Positions 42,971-53,865 of a DNA stretch of 64,000 nt are shown here, in pieces (position 1 is the first letter of the stretch; every line of letters begins with the position of its first letter). The notes beneath the pieces are model-generated. The model worked only from the letters and a program-made list of their open reading frames with translations, made no database searches and was not told the origin of the DNA. The stretch is from an uncultured Acidobacteriota bacterium (lineage in GTDB: Bacteria > Acidobacteriota > Thermoanaerobaculia > UBA5066 > Gp7-AA6): positions 3,815,880-3,879,879 of the forward strand of contig CAWCPN010000002.1 in assembly GCA_963797495.1 (NCBI GenBank), given 5' to 3'. The translations under genes were made by a program, and so were the position numbers.

Positions 42971-44498
42971 TTGGGCGCGAGGGTCGGCGTCTGGCGCACC
43001 GCGGCGGCGGGTGCCGTTTCCGGGCTCCTTTTCGCGCTGGCCTTCCCGCCGTTCGGTTGGGTCCTCCTGCTCCCGCTGGCGCTGACGCCCTGGATCGTGG
43101 CGCTCGCGTACGAGCCGAGCCGCGCCCGCGCCCTGCTCTCGGGCGTGACTTTCGCGTTCGCCTTCTGGTGCGTGTCGATCCGCTGGATCGAGTACGTCGT
43201 GACCGTCTACGGCGGGCAGAGCGGGGCGATGGGTTTCGTGAGCCTCTTGCTGACGGCGGCGATCCTCTCTCCGCCGTTCGCGCTCGTCGGCTGGGGAACG
43301 ACCGCCGTCGCCGGCGCGGGCCGCAGCGCGCGGTTGGTCGCCTTCCCGCTGTTGTGGATGGCCGGCGAGCATCTGCGCACGGTCTTCCTCGCCGGCTTTC
43401 CCTGGAACCTGACCGCGCACGCCCTCTATCGCCACCCGATCTGGTTGCAGTCGGCCTCGGTCTGGGGAGCCTACGGCGTGGGTGCGTCGGTCGCGGTCAT
43501 CGGCGTGCTGGTGGCGCGGGCGGTGATCGCGCGCCGGATCGGTCCGCTGGCGGCGGCGGCCGGCCTCGTCCTGGTGCTCGGTCTCTGGGGAGCGGTGCGG
43601 CTCGGCCGGCCGGAGGAGGCCGGTCCGACGCTGTCGGTCGCGCTCCTCCAGCCCAACCTCACCGAGGAGGACCGTTCGACGCCGGAGCGGCGGGGCGAAA
43701 GCTACCGGGAGGTCCTCGCGCAGATGGATCGAGCCGCCGAGGCGTCTCCGGACCTGCTGGTGATCCCCGAGTCGACCCTTCCCATCCACTGGCAGGGCAG
43801 CGATCGCGCTGCGCCGCGACTTCGGGGCGATCGCCGCGCGGGGGCCGATGATCCTCTTCAACGATTTCGAGGAGGAGAGCGAGGACCGATACTTCAACGT
43901 GGCCCGGCTTCTCACGATGGATGGTCTGGCCGGGCCGCCGTACCGGAAGGTCCACCTCGTCCCGTTCGGGGAGTACGTCCCGTGGCCCCGGCTCTTCTTC
44001 TTCGTTCGCCGGATCTCGACCGCGATCGGCGCCTTCACGCCGGCCCCGGGCCCGGTGCTCCTACGGTCGGGACCCGTCGCGATCGGCGTCGGCGTGTGCT
44101 ACGAGATCATCTACCCGTCGCTGGCGCGCCGGGAGGTCGCCGAGGGCGCGAATTTGCTGGCGACGATTTCCAACGACTCCTGGTACGGCCGCGGGGGAGC
44201 GCAGCAGCAGCATTTTGCAGGGGCGCTCATGCGCTCGGTCGAGACGGAACGCTACCTGGTGCGGGCGGCGATCACGGGCATCTCCGGAATCGCGGATTCG
44301 CGCGGCCGTATCGTCGCCGAGTCGCGGCCCGACGAACGGGCGACGCTGACGGGGACCGTGCGGCTGCAGACGGGCAGGACGGCGTGGGTGCGGTGGGGGC
44401 ACCGGCTCCCGGTGTTCGCCGACGTGATGGCGCTCGCCGTGCTACTCTTCGCAACGGCGCGCCTCCTGCGCGTCCGCAGACGAGCCGTGAACCCATGA
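42971..44498 (+). CDS. lnt: Apolipoprotein N-acyltransferase, apparent frameshift near 43806
   Basis: TM N-terminal half, GFPWN, QPN, PES; then YRKVHLVPFGEY, VCYEII, ISNDSWY in a second frame. Confidence 0.92.
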
Positions 44499-44520
44499 GC
44501 CACGACCCGGGAACCACCCG

Positions 44521-45643
44521 ATGACCGAACGCGACGATCTCGTCGCCGCCCTCTCCGCCGCCTCGGAGCGCCTGCTGGCGCTTCGGGGCTATCTTTGATC
44601 AGGACGCCGCGCGGAGCGCGCTCGACGCCCTGAGGGACAAGGCCGCCGCCCCCGACTTCTGGACGAAGCCGGAAGAAGCCCAGGACGTCCTGCGCCAGAC
44701 CCGCGCATTCGAGCGAAAGATCGACAGCGTGAAGCGGCTCGACGAGCTCCGAGGCGAGATGGCGGCATTCTCGGAACTGCTGCGCGAAGGCGAGCCGGCC
44801 GAGGGCGAGGCCCGGGACTCGCTTGCCACCGCGACCGTTTTTGCGGACGAGCTCGAGCTCGCGGTGAAGATGAGCGCTCCCGAGGACGCGAAGAACGCCT
44901 GGATGTCGATCCACGCGGGGGCCGGCGGGACCGAGTCCCAGGACTGGGCCGAGATGCTCCTGCGCATGTACATGCGTTTCGCGGAATCGCGCGGCTGGAA
45001 GGCGGAGTTGATCGACCGGCAGGACGGCGAGGAGGCGGGTATCAAGAGCGCGACGCTGCACGTCGTCGGCGACCACGCCTACGGCTACCTGAAGAGCGAG
45101 ATGGGCGTGCACCGGCTCGTCAGGATCTCGCCCTTCGACGCCGCCCAGCGCCGGCACACGTCGTTCGCGTCGGTCTACATGGCGCCGGAGGTCGACGAGG
45201 ACATCGCAATCGAGGTCGCGGACAAGGACATCCGCGTCGACACGTACCGCTCGAGCGGCGCCGGAGGCCAGCACGTCAACGTCACGGATTCGGCCGTCCG
45301 CATCACCCACCTGCCGAGCGGAATCGTCGTGACCTGCCAGAACGAGCGCAGCCAGGGGCGAAACCGGGAAACGGCCATGCGCGTTCTCAAGGCCCGCCTC
45401 TATCAGAGGGCTCTCGACGAGCGACGCGCCGAGGAGGAGAAGCGCGTCGGCGAGAAGAAGTCGATCGAATGGGGCAGCCAGATCCGGTCCTACGTCCTGC
45501 ACCCCTACCGGATGGTCAAGGACCACCGCACGGGCTTCGAAACGGGCGACACGGATCGGGTGCTCGACGGCGGACTCACCCCCTTCGTCGAGGCGTTTCT
45601 CCGATCGGCGGCGGACAGCGGGCGCGCCCGTGTTTCCTCCTGA
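44521..45643 (+). CDS. prfB: Peptide chain release factor 2 with programmed +1 frameshift
   Basis: 25 codons ending CTT-TGA, then the +1 frame; GAGGTESQDW, SPF motif, GAGGQH, WGSQIRSY. Confidence 0.96.
44584..44599 (+). promoter_or_regulatory. prfB frameshift cassette (SD-like GGGG + TAT CTT TGA T)
   Basis: cggggc tat ctt tga t; the +1 frame from 44597 is in frame with ORF 44729..45643. Confidence 0.9.
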
Positions 45644-46226
45644 CGCCGGTTCGCCCGATGGCTCGGTCGGATCTCCCTGGATGGCGGAGGTCCGCGCGCG
45701 GCTGGCGGCGTGCGAGCGGGGGGCCGCCGTCGCGGCCGAGGGCCAGCGCCGCGCGGGAGTTCTGGTTCCCCTCTACGTCCGGGATGGGGCGCTCTGGGTC
45801 CTGCTGACCCGCCGGACCGAGAGCGTCGAGCGTCACCGCGGACAGATCGCGTTTCCCGGGGGCGGGGAGGAGGAGGAGGATGAGACTCTCTACCGCACGG
45901 CGCTGCGCGAGACCGAGGAAGAGGTCGGGGTCGCGCCCGAGGACGTACGCTATCTGGGGGCGCTGTCGGCGCTGACGACCGTCACCGACTACTACATCGA
46001 ACCCTACGTCGGGGCGATTCCCCACCCGTACCCGTTCCGCATCCAGGAGTCCGAGATCGCCGGGCTCGTCGAGGTCCCGCTGCCCGCGCTGCTCGACCCG
46101 AAGGCCCTGGAGACGCGGCCTTTCCCCGGTCGCGAGGAACCGGTCCTCTTCTACCACTACGGAGAGCAGGTGATCTGGGGCGCGACGGCGCGGATGCTGA
46201 AGGAGCTTCTGGACGCGATGCGCTAG
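45630..46226 (+). CDS. Nudix hydrolase, CoA pyrophosphatase (NudL-like)
   Basis: LLTRR, HRGQIAFPGG, Nudix box TALRETEEEVG, IWGATA; alternative start at 45681. Confidence 0.9.
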   Translation: MFPPDAGSPDGSVGSPWMAEVRARLAACERGAAVAAEGQRRAGVLVPLYVRDGALWVLLTRRTESVERHRGQIAFPGGGEEEEDETLYRTALRETEEEVGVAPEDVRYLGALSALTTVTDYYIEPYVGAIPHPYPFRIQESEIAGLVEVPLPALLDPKALETRPFPGREEPVLFYHYGEQVIWGATARMLKELLDAMR

Positions 46227-46243
46227 ACCGCCGAGGCGTGATA

Positions 46244-47121
46244 TCAGTGTGCGCGTACTCCCGCTCGCCCGCCTCGATCCGGATCGGGAGCTTGTTCTGG
46301 GGAGGGGGCAGCGGGCAGGTGGCGTATTCGGTGAAGACGCAGGGCGGGTTGTAGGCGCGGTTGAAGTCGATCACGGTCTTGCCGCCGACGGGCGGCTCCA
46401 CGTAGAGGAAGCGTCCGGCTCCGTACGTGTCGACGCCGTTGGTGCGATCCCCGAAGATCACGAAATAGTCCGTTTCGCCGCTCTCGAGAACCGGGTCCAG
46501 ACGGTAGGTCCTGCCGCCGTGCTCGAAGACGAGGGCGCCCGGGGACGTCTCCGCGTTGTCCTGACCGAGCACGTTCGGGACCGAGATCCGTTTCGGGGGA
46601 GCGTAGGGCTCGAACCGGGCCTCGATCCGCCAGCTCGGTGCGATCGGAAAATAGTCCAGACCGTGGAAGCTCCGGCGGGCGGGGCTCGCGCTGTCCTTGA
46701 CGCGAACGCCGAGCCGATCGCCGCGGCGGATCAGGTAGAAGAGGAGGCTTCCGAGGCGCAGCCGCGTCGGCTCTCCGTCCGCGTCCGATGCGAGCACCAG
46801 CGGCCCGTCGATGGGGTTCCCGTCGGCCGTCAGTGCGGTTCCCGCCAGCGGACGCAGCGTCGCCCGGTTCCCGACGAGAACGATCGAGCCGAGGCTCGGG
46901 GGCGCGGGGTGCGGCAGGACGACGCGGTTTCCGGACTGGCTGCCGAGGGAATTGTCGCCCTCGTCGAGCCAGTAGAGCCCGACGACCGACAACCATCCGT
47001 CTTCGGTGCGGAGCCGGGCGACCCTCTGCGCGCGCCAGGCCTCGATCTCGGCGCGATATGCGGCGCTCGGGGCCTCGGCCGGCGGCGCGAGCATCAGCAG
47101 GAGGACGGGGAGGATCCCCAC
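46244..47121 (-). CDS. DUF1684 domain protein (secreted); stop restored only by a small indel near 46248
   Basis: GWLSVVGLYWL, YFP..W, FGDRTNG.DTYGAGRFL, DFNRAYNPPC..ATCPLPP. Confidence 0.88.
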
Positions 47122-47122
47122 C

Positions 47123-48750
47123 CTAGGACGCGGCCTTCTCCAGCGCGGCGAGTTCGTTGGATCGCGCGAGGTTGGCCCTCGCGGCGTCGAGGCTGCCGTC
47201 GAGGGACAGGGCCTTTTCGAACGCCTCGGCGGCGCCGTGCATAGTTGCCGCGCTGGGCGCGGGTGACGCCGAGGTTGTTCCAGAGGGCTGGAGACTTGGT
47301 GTTGCTCTCGATGGCCTTGGTCAGGGCCGCCTCCGCCGCGTCGAGCTTGCCGGCCGAAGCCAGGACGGCGCCGAGGGACGCCGCCGCCTCTTCGTTGACC
47401 GGCTGCAGTTCGAGCGCCGTTGCGTACGCGGCCGCGGCCTCGTCGAGCTCGCCCTGGGCGGCGCGGACCTGGCCGAGAGCCGTCCAGACGGTGGCGTCCT
47501 CGGGGGCGAGGCGCGAGGCCTCCGCGAGCTCGCGCTCCGATTCCTTCCACATGCCCTTCTTGCGGTAGGCCCGTCCCAGGTTCTCGTGATACGCGGAGCG
47601 GGCGCCGTCGAGGCGGACGGCCTCGATCAACTCCTCGATCGCGCGGTCCGAATCGTCCGACCGGAAGAGGAAAACGCCGAAATCGTTGCGGGCGGCCGCC
47701 GAGGCCGGATCGATCTCGATCGCCCGCCCGAACGCGATCCGGGCCGTGGTGGCGTCGCCGACCTCGCTCATGGCCCGGCCGAGCCCGCGGGCCGCCGCGA
47801 CGTTGCGCGGGTTGAGATCGAGGGCGCGGCGATAGAGGCCCGCCGCCGTGTTCCACTTCTTCTGCTGCTCCGCGAGCGCGGCGAGACCGAAAACGGCCTT
47901 TGCGTTGCCGGGCTCGAGAACGATGGCGGCGGTGAACTCGCGCTCGGCCTCCGCCGGCTGGCCTCCCTCGAGCGCTGCGTCGCCGATGAGGCGGTGCGCC
48001 TCGGCGTTCTTGGGGTCGGCATCCGAGGCGAGGCGGGCAAAGGATGCGGCCGCCCCGTAATCGCCGGCGGCGAGGGCCTTCTCGGCGCTTTCGAGCATCG
48101 GGGCAACCGCGGGCACGAGCACGGCCCCGGACGGGACGGCGCCCGTATCGAGTGGAGTTCCTATCGGCGCCGAGCTCACGAGGCCCTTTTCGAGGTCGGC
48201 CGCGCGCTGCCGCGCCGCGTCCGCCTCGGTCGTCCGGCCGAGGCGGTCGTTGGCCTCCGCCTGGATCCGGGCGACCTCCGGGTCGTTGGAGCCGGCCGCG
48301 CGTTTGAGGTCGAAGAGCGCCTCCTCGGCCTTTCCGTCGGCGAGCTTGGCCCGTGCCGAGCGTTTCAGCTCTTCCACGTCGATCGGGGGCAGGTTGGCCC
48401 CGGCGACTTCGGCGCGGACCGCCGCCGCGAGGTTCGCGAAGTCCGGGCTGTAGAAGTCGGCGATGACCTGGAGGTCCGGGCGGGCCTCCATGGCGGTCTT
48501 GAGCTGTTCTCGCGCGCTCCGGGAGTTGCCCGCGATGTAGTAGGACCACGCGCTCTGGAGCGATAGATCCGCCTTGTGATCGGTGGAAACGCCGGGAGCC
48601 TCGGCGGCTTTCGCGTACTTGTCCGCCGCCTCCTTGAACCGGCCGGCGTCGAAGGCCTTCTTGGCCTCCGCCTGGAGTTTCGCGTCCTGCGCGAACACGA
48701 CGGCACCGGACAGGGCGATGACGAGGACGAGCCCGAGCGAATCGGCGCAT
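47123..48750 (-). CDS. Secreted multi-TPR protein, apparent frameshifts near 48735 and 47240
   Basis: Signal peptide LGLVLVIALSGAVVFAQ; many TPR repeats (e.g. YRRALDLNPRN, AIEIDP); C-terminus AFEKALSLD..KAAS* after the shift. Confidence 0.82.
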
Positions 48751-48753
48751 CAG

Positions 48754-50587
48754 TTACCTCCGGCAGCCGCCGCGGTCGGCGGCGGCGGCGCTCCAGGTCT
48801 TGGGGGCTCCCTCCGGGACATCGATCGTCTCGGTGAGGGGATTGGCGCCCTCGCGCGACAGGGTGACGCTGTACGTGCCGGGGGCGAGCTTCAGGCGGGC
48901 GGCATCGGGGAGGGTACCCCGGAACTTGCCGTCGACGAGCACGCGCGCCCCGCCCAGCCCGGGCCTCGATCACGAGCATCGAGATCGGGAACTGGTAGTG
49001 GATGCGGTGGTCCGAGTTGGGTCCGACGCGAAACTTCCTCTCGTAGGGCGGAAAGTCGCTCGCCTCGAGTCGAACCGTGTGCTCGCCCTCTTCGAGCGTG
49101 AGCGTCCGTGCCGGGATCGAAGGCCCGATCGTCTTGCCGTCCACCGATAGCGTTGCGACCGGGACCGAGGAAAACTGGACCTTGAACTTCTGGGGCGGGG
49201 CCGCTGTGGGTTTCGGCGCTTCGGTCGGAGCGGGGGTCGGAACGTCCGCGGCCTCGGCCGGGGGAGGAGCCGGGACGGCGGGGGCCTCGCCTTCGCCGAG
49301 CTTGGGCTCGGGGAATTCGAGCGCCGGAGTGGGGGCGGTCACGGCGGGCGCCGGTGTCGGGACGGCGGGAGCCGGCGGAGCGCCGCGTCGCGTGGCGAAG
49401 TAGGCAGCGGCGGCGATCGCCAGCACCGCCGCGACGGCGCCGGAGATGACCATGCGGGTCTTTCCGGCCGCCGGTTCGGTCGCCGTTGCGGTCTCGCTGG
49501 TGCGCCGCACCGTTTCGTCGCCTGGCGGCTCCGCGGAGGGATCTCGGAAGTTGACGAGCTCGAGGTTGGGTCGCGCCCCGGAGATCCTCGCGGACGTCGG
49601 CGTCCGGTCGGAGGGGGCGGGCGCTCGCGCGAGAGCGCCGGATGGAGGCGTGATCTGTCCGCGATTCGCGATCACGCCGCTCGAGGGTGTCGCCAGCGTG
49701 GCGTCCATGTCGTCGGAGTCCGACCGGGCCGTCCGGACGGTGTCGCCCTGCAGGGTGGGATACATCCCGGAGGCTCCGACGATCTCGCGGTAGATGGCGA
49801 GGAGCTCCTTCCGAAAGGCCTCCATGGTCGGGTGACGGTCGTCGGGCACTTTGGCCATGGCGCAGCTCACCGCGGCGATGAGGGCGGGCGGCACGTCCTG
49901 AACGAGCGTGTCGATCGGCTCCGGCGTCTCGTTGAGGATCTTGTAGAGGACCGTCGACAGGTGCTCGCCGCGGAAGGGCTTTCGATACGTCAGGAGCTCG
50001 TAGGCCAGCACGCCGAGCGCGAAGATGTCTGTCCGCCGATCGATGGGCTCGCCCCGGATCTGCTCGGGCGCGAGATAGGCGGAGGTCCCCAGGGTGATGC
50101 CGGTCTGCGTCAGGTTGGACTCGGTCTGAAGCGATTTCGCGATTCCGAAGTCCATCACCTTGACCGTTCCGTCGTCGAGGATGCGGACGTTGGCGGGCTT
50201 GACGTCGCGATGCACGATCGAGGCGTTGTGCGCGTAGCCGAGCCCGTCGGCGATGGCCATGAGGATCTCGATCTTTCGGGCGATCGGAAGCGGTTCGCCG
50301 CGCTTGATCTTCTTGTCGAGATCCTCTCCGGTCAGGAATTCCTGGACGATGTAGGGGATCCCGTTCTCGACACCGAAGTCGTAGATGGTGGTGATGTGGC
50401 GGTGGTGGAGATTGCCGGCCAGCTCGGCTTCCCGAAAGAATCGGTGCTTGATCTCCTCGTCGTTGACCTGGCAGGTCTTGATGGCGACGGAGCGCTTGAT
50501 GAACGGGTCACGGCCCCGGTAGACGGCCCCGAAGCCGCCCACGCCGATCTGCTCGGAGACCTCGTATTTCCCGATTTTTTCGAACAT
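48754..50587 (-). CDS. Hanks-type Ser/Thr protein kinase with TM and PEGA-like C-terminal domains, apparent frameshift near 48955
   Basis: IGVGGFGAVY, VAIK, HRDVKPAN, DFG, YLAPE, DIFALG; TM helix; two beta-rich repeats. Confidence 0.93.
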
Positions 50588-50678
50588 CCGTCTGCCCTGG
50601 AACTCCGCTAGTGTAAACGAAGGGGGGATGGCCGGAAACCATTCACGCAAAGCAGCTTGCGATGGGTAGACTGGTTGC

Positions 50679-51221
50679 GTGCGGAGCGGTCCTGCCCTTC
50701 TGTTCCTGAGCGCCGTCGTGGCGTCGGTCGTTGCCGCCGGATGCAAGGGCAGGGAGGCCGGAAAGCTCGACCCGATCCGCGCGATCCGGGCCCGAGTCGA
50801 GCCCCGGTTCCGGCCTCCCGCCGACGGGCGGATGACCGGGGCGCAGGTGGATGCCTATGTGAAGGTTCGCAGGGCCGTCGGAAGCACCCGGTCGGACACG
50901 CGGGCCGCCCGGGAGCTCGGCATCGACCCGGCCGAGTTCGACTGGATCCGGGCCCGGATGATCGAAGCGTTCGGCCTGCTCGATTCCCGAGCGGTGCACG
51001 AAGCGGCGCTCGAAAGCGCGGCGCGGGCGGTTGCGGCGCTCCGGGCGGCACGCCGGTCGGCTCTCGACGCGCGGACGGCCGCACGGCTCGACGCGGAGAT
51101 CACCGCGGCAGAGCGGGAGCGCGCGGCCATGCGGCGGTTCGACGCCGCGACTCCGGCCGTCGTTGCCAACGCCGCCCTCCTCGCCCCGCGCCGCGCGGAG
51201 CTGGAAGCCCTGGGCCCGTGA
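50679..51221 (+). CDS. Hypothetical lipoprotein
   Basis: Lipobox VAAG-C; helical; TAGACT 6 nt upstream; GTGA-coupled to the next gene. Confidence 0.65.
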   Translation: MRSGPALLFLSAVVASVVAAGCKGREAGKLDPIRAIRARVEPRFRPPADGRMTGAQVDAYVKVRRAVGSTRSDTRAARELGIDPAEFDWIRARMIEAFGLLDSRAVHEAALESAARAVAALRAARRSALDARTAARLDAEITAAERERAAMRRFDAATPAVVANAALLAPRRAELEALGP

Positions 51222-52264
51222 GCGCTCTGACACGGTTTCTCGCGGACGAGATCGAGGCGGGCTCGTTTCCCGGCGCGACCGCGCTGGTGGGTTCGGCCGA
51301 CCGCGTCCTCGAGGAAGCCGTGGCAGGCCGGGCGTCGGTGGAGCCCGCCGCCATCGACGTCGCGTCCGAGACGCTGTTCGACCTGGCGAGCCTGACCAAG
51401 CCGCTGTGCGCCGGAGCGCTGGCGCGGGCCTGCGGGACCGGCCTGTCGCTCGACTCGCCGCCCGGCCGGTTTCTTCCGGAGTGGAAGACTCTGCGATTCG
51501 ACGGCATCACGATCGCACAGCTCTTGACGCATACGTCGGGCCTCCCGGCCTGGCATCCGCTATACGTCTTCGGGGAAGGAGCGGCCGCTTATCGTCGAAC
51601 CCTCTCCAGAATCGAACCGGAGGCGCCGCCGGCCGCCCGGGTGATCTACAGCGACGTGAACATCCTCGTCCTGTCGGAGGTCCTCGAGTCGATCCTGTCT
51701 TCGCCGCTCGACCGCGCGTTCGCGGAGCTCGTCGCCGGTCCGGCGGGTTCGGCCGCGCGTTTCCTGCCGCCGGACCCGTCGCGGACCGCCGCGACGGAGC
51801 GTGACGATGGTTTCGAGCGGGCGATGGTGGAGGCCCGGGGCCTCTCCTATGCGCACTTCCGGGTCGGCGTGGTTCGCGGCGAAGTGCACGACGGGAACGC
51901 CTTTCGCCGCGGTGGCGTCGCGGGCCATGCCGGCCTCTTCGCGACGGCCAGGGATGTCTGGGCCCTCGCGCGGACCTGGCTCGACCCGGATCTGCGCGCC
52001 TGGACGGCGGACAGAACCGAGGAGCTCGCTGAAGGACGCGGGCTCGCCTGGCAGGCGAGGCGCGGGGCGGGATCGGCAGTGTCCGGGATGTCCGAGGCGA
52101 GCTTCGGTCACACGGGGTTCACGGGGACGTCCGTGTGGATCGACCCGGCCCGCGATCGCATCGCGGTTCTGCTGACGAACCGGATCCACCCGACGGTGCG
52201 CGAGATTCCCTTCAACGAGGTTCGCCAGCGCTTCCACCACGTGGTCTGGGGCGCCGATACCTGA
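51218..52264 (+). CDS. Serine hydrolase (beta-lactamase class C/PBP-like family)
   Basis: FDLASLTK (SxxK), LLTHTSG, YSD, GHAGLF, GHTGFTG. Confidence 0.9.
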   Translation: MSALTRFLADEIEAGSFPGATALVGSADRVLEEAVAGRASVEPAAIDVASETLFDLASLTKPLCAGALARACGTGLSLDSPPGRFLPEWKTLRFDGITIAQLLTHTSGLPAWHPLYVFGEGAAAYRRTLSRIEPEAPPAARVIYSDVNILVLSEVLESILSSPLDRAFAELVAGPAGSAARFLPPDPSRTAATERDDGFERAMVEARGLSYAHFRVGVVRGEVHDGNAFRRGGVAGHAGLFATARDVWALARTWLDPDLRAWTADRTEELAEGRGLAWQARRGAGSAVSGMSEASFGHTGFTGTSVWIDPARDRIAVLLTNRIHPTVREIPFNEVRQRFHHVVWGADT

Positions 52265-52315
52265 AGGCGCAGGGAGCCGGCCGGACCGCGCGGCTGAGGT
52301 AAACTCCCCGCCTCT

Positions 52316-53500
52316 ATGGCGCAAACCACGGAAGTCCTCATTCTCGACGGCGCGCGGACCCCGATGGCCGAGTACAACGGGGCCTTCGCCGATGTTTCCG
52401 CGATCGATCTCGGGGTACACGCCGCGCGCGAAGCGCTTCGCCGCAGCTCCATCGACCCCGGCCAGGTGGATCACGCGATCTTTGGAAATGCCCTGCAGAC
52501 CTCGGGAGACGCGATCTACGGAGCCCGGCACGTCGCCCTCAAGGCGGGCGTTCCGAAGGAGGTGCCGGCACTCACGGTGAACCGCCTCTGCGGCTCGGGA
52601 TTCGAATCGATCATTCAGGGGGCCCATCGCATCCTTCTCGGCGAGGCGGGCGTCGTTCTCGCCGGAGGTATGGAGAACATGTCGCAGGCCCCGCACGTGA
52701 TCCGAGGTGCCCGAAAGGGCTTTCGGCTCGGCCAGGGACAGCTCGAAGACTCGCTGATGGTGGCCCTCCTGGATTCTTACTGCGGTCTCTACATGGCCCA
52801 GACTTCCGACCGCGTGGCCGCCAGGTACGGCATCTCGCGCGCCGAGCAGGACGCCTATGCGCTGTCGTCGCAGACGCGGGCGGCGGCGGCCTGGGCCGCA
52901 TGCCGGCTCTCCGAGGAGGTCGTGGCGGTCGAGGTCAAGGCGGGGCGCAGGACGATTCGGGTCGAGAAGGATGACCACCTCCGTCCCGATTCCACGCTCG
53001 AGGGGCTGGCGGGGCTGCCGCCCTCCTTCGGCAAGGACGGTTCGGTCACCGCCGGGAACGCCTCGGGCATCGTGGACGGGGCGGCGGCCGTCGTCGTCGC
53101 GTCGGCGCAAGCCGCCGCGGGCCGCAAGCCGCTCGGCCGGCTGGTTTCCTGGGCCGTCGTCGGTGTCGAGCCGGAGCTGATGGGCCTCGGCCCGGCGCCG
53201 GCGGCGCGTGCGGCGATCGCCAGGGCGGGGCTCGCCCAGAAGGACATCGGCCTCTGGGAGATCAACGAGGCCTTCGCGGGCCAGATTCTCGGAGTCGTGA
53301 AGGAGCTCGATCTCGACGTCGCCCAACTCAACGTCAACGGAGGCGCGATCGCCCTGGGCCATCCGCTGGCCGCGACCGGTACGCGGTGCACGCTCACGCT
53401 CCTGAAGGAGATGCGCCGCCGCGGCGTCCGCTACGGACTGGCCGGTGCGTGTATCGGCGGCGGGCAGGGGATCGCCGTCGTGGTGGAGTCGGTCGACTGA
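52316..53500 (+). CDS. Acetyl-CoA C-acyltransferase (thiolase)
   Basis: NRLCGSG, NEAF, GHPLAATG, CIGGGQG. Confidence 0.96.
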   Translation: MAQTTEVLILDGARTPMAEYNGAFADVSAIDLGVHAAREALRRSSIDPGQVDHAIFGNALQTSGDAIYGARHVALKAGVPKEVPALTVNRLCGSGFESIIQGAHRILLGEAGVVLAGGMENMSQAPHVIRGARKGFRLGQGQLEDSLMVALLDSYCGLYMAQTSDRVAARYGISRAEQDAYALSSQTRAAAAWAACRLSEEVVAVEVKAGRRTIRVEKDDHLRPDSTLEGLAGLPPSFGKDGSVTAGNASGIVDGAAAVVVASAQAAAGRKPLGRLVSWAVVGVEPELMGLGPAPAARAAIARAGLAQKDIGLWEINEAFAGQILGVVKELDLDVAQLNVNGGAIALGHPLAATGTRCTLTLLKEMRRRGVRYGLAGACIGGGQGIAVVVESVD

Positions 53501-53526
53501 CCGGGGCACGCGGGCGGACCCGGACG

Positions 53527-53865
53527 ATGGAGTGGACCGAACGCATCCTCGACTTCCCGGTCCGCGCGGCCGCCGTCGACGAATTTCTGCGCGATCTTCG
53601 CGCGCGCGGCACCGGGGATCTCCACGCCGTGCTGACGACGCTCAATGAGGGTGCCTTGTGTCGCGAGGTCGTGCAGCGCTGGACGGAGTACGGCTGGATC
53701 GTGCTGGCGCCCAACACGCCGCTCCTGGCGCTCGCGGGCCCGGCGTTCGAGGCGGAATTGACGCTGTCGGATTTCTGCAGCGAGATCGACATTCTGGAGG
53801 ACCGGGACGCGACGCCGTCGGAGGTCCCACCGGAGGAGGGTGCGGAGAACAATGACGATACGTAA
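53527..53865 (+). CDS. Small acidic hypothetical protein (112 aa)
   Basis: Fills the thiolase-hbd gap; ATG start; acidic tail; no recognisable motif. Confidence 0.55.
   Translation: MEWTERILDFPVRAAAVDEFLRDLRARGTGDLHAVLTTLNEGALCREVVQRWTEYGWIVLAPNTPLLALAGPAFEAELTLSDFCSEIDILEDRDATPSEVPPEEGAENNDDT

Noticed and set aside
45982-48750. 922-aa minus-strand ORF as a giant protein
   Set aside because: Off-frame read of the TPR gene joined to the DUF1684 gene, extended by indels into the antisense of the Nudix gene
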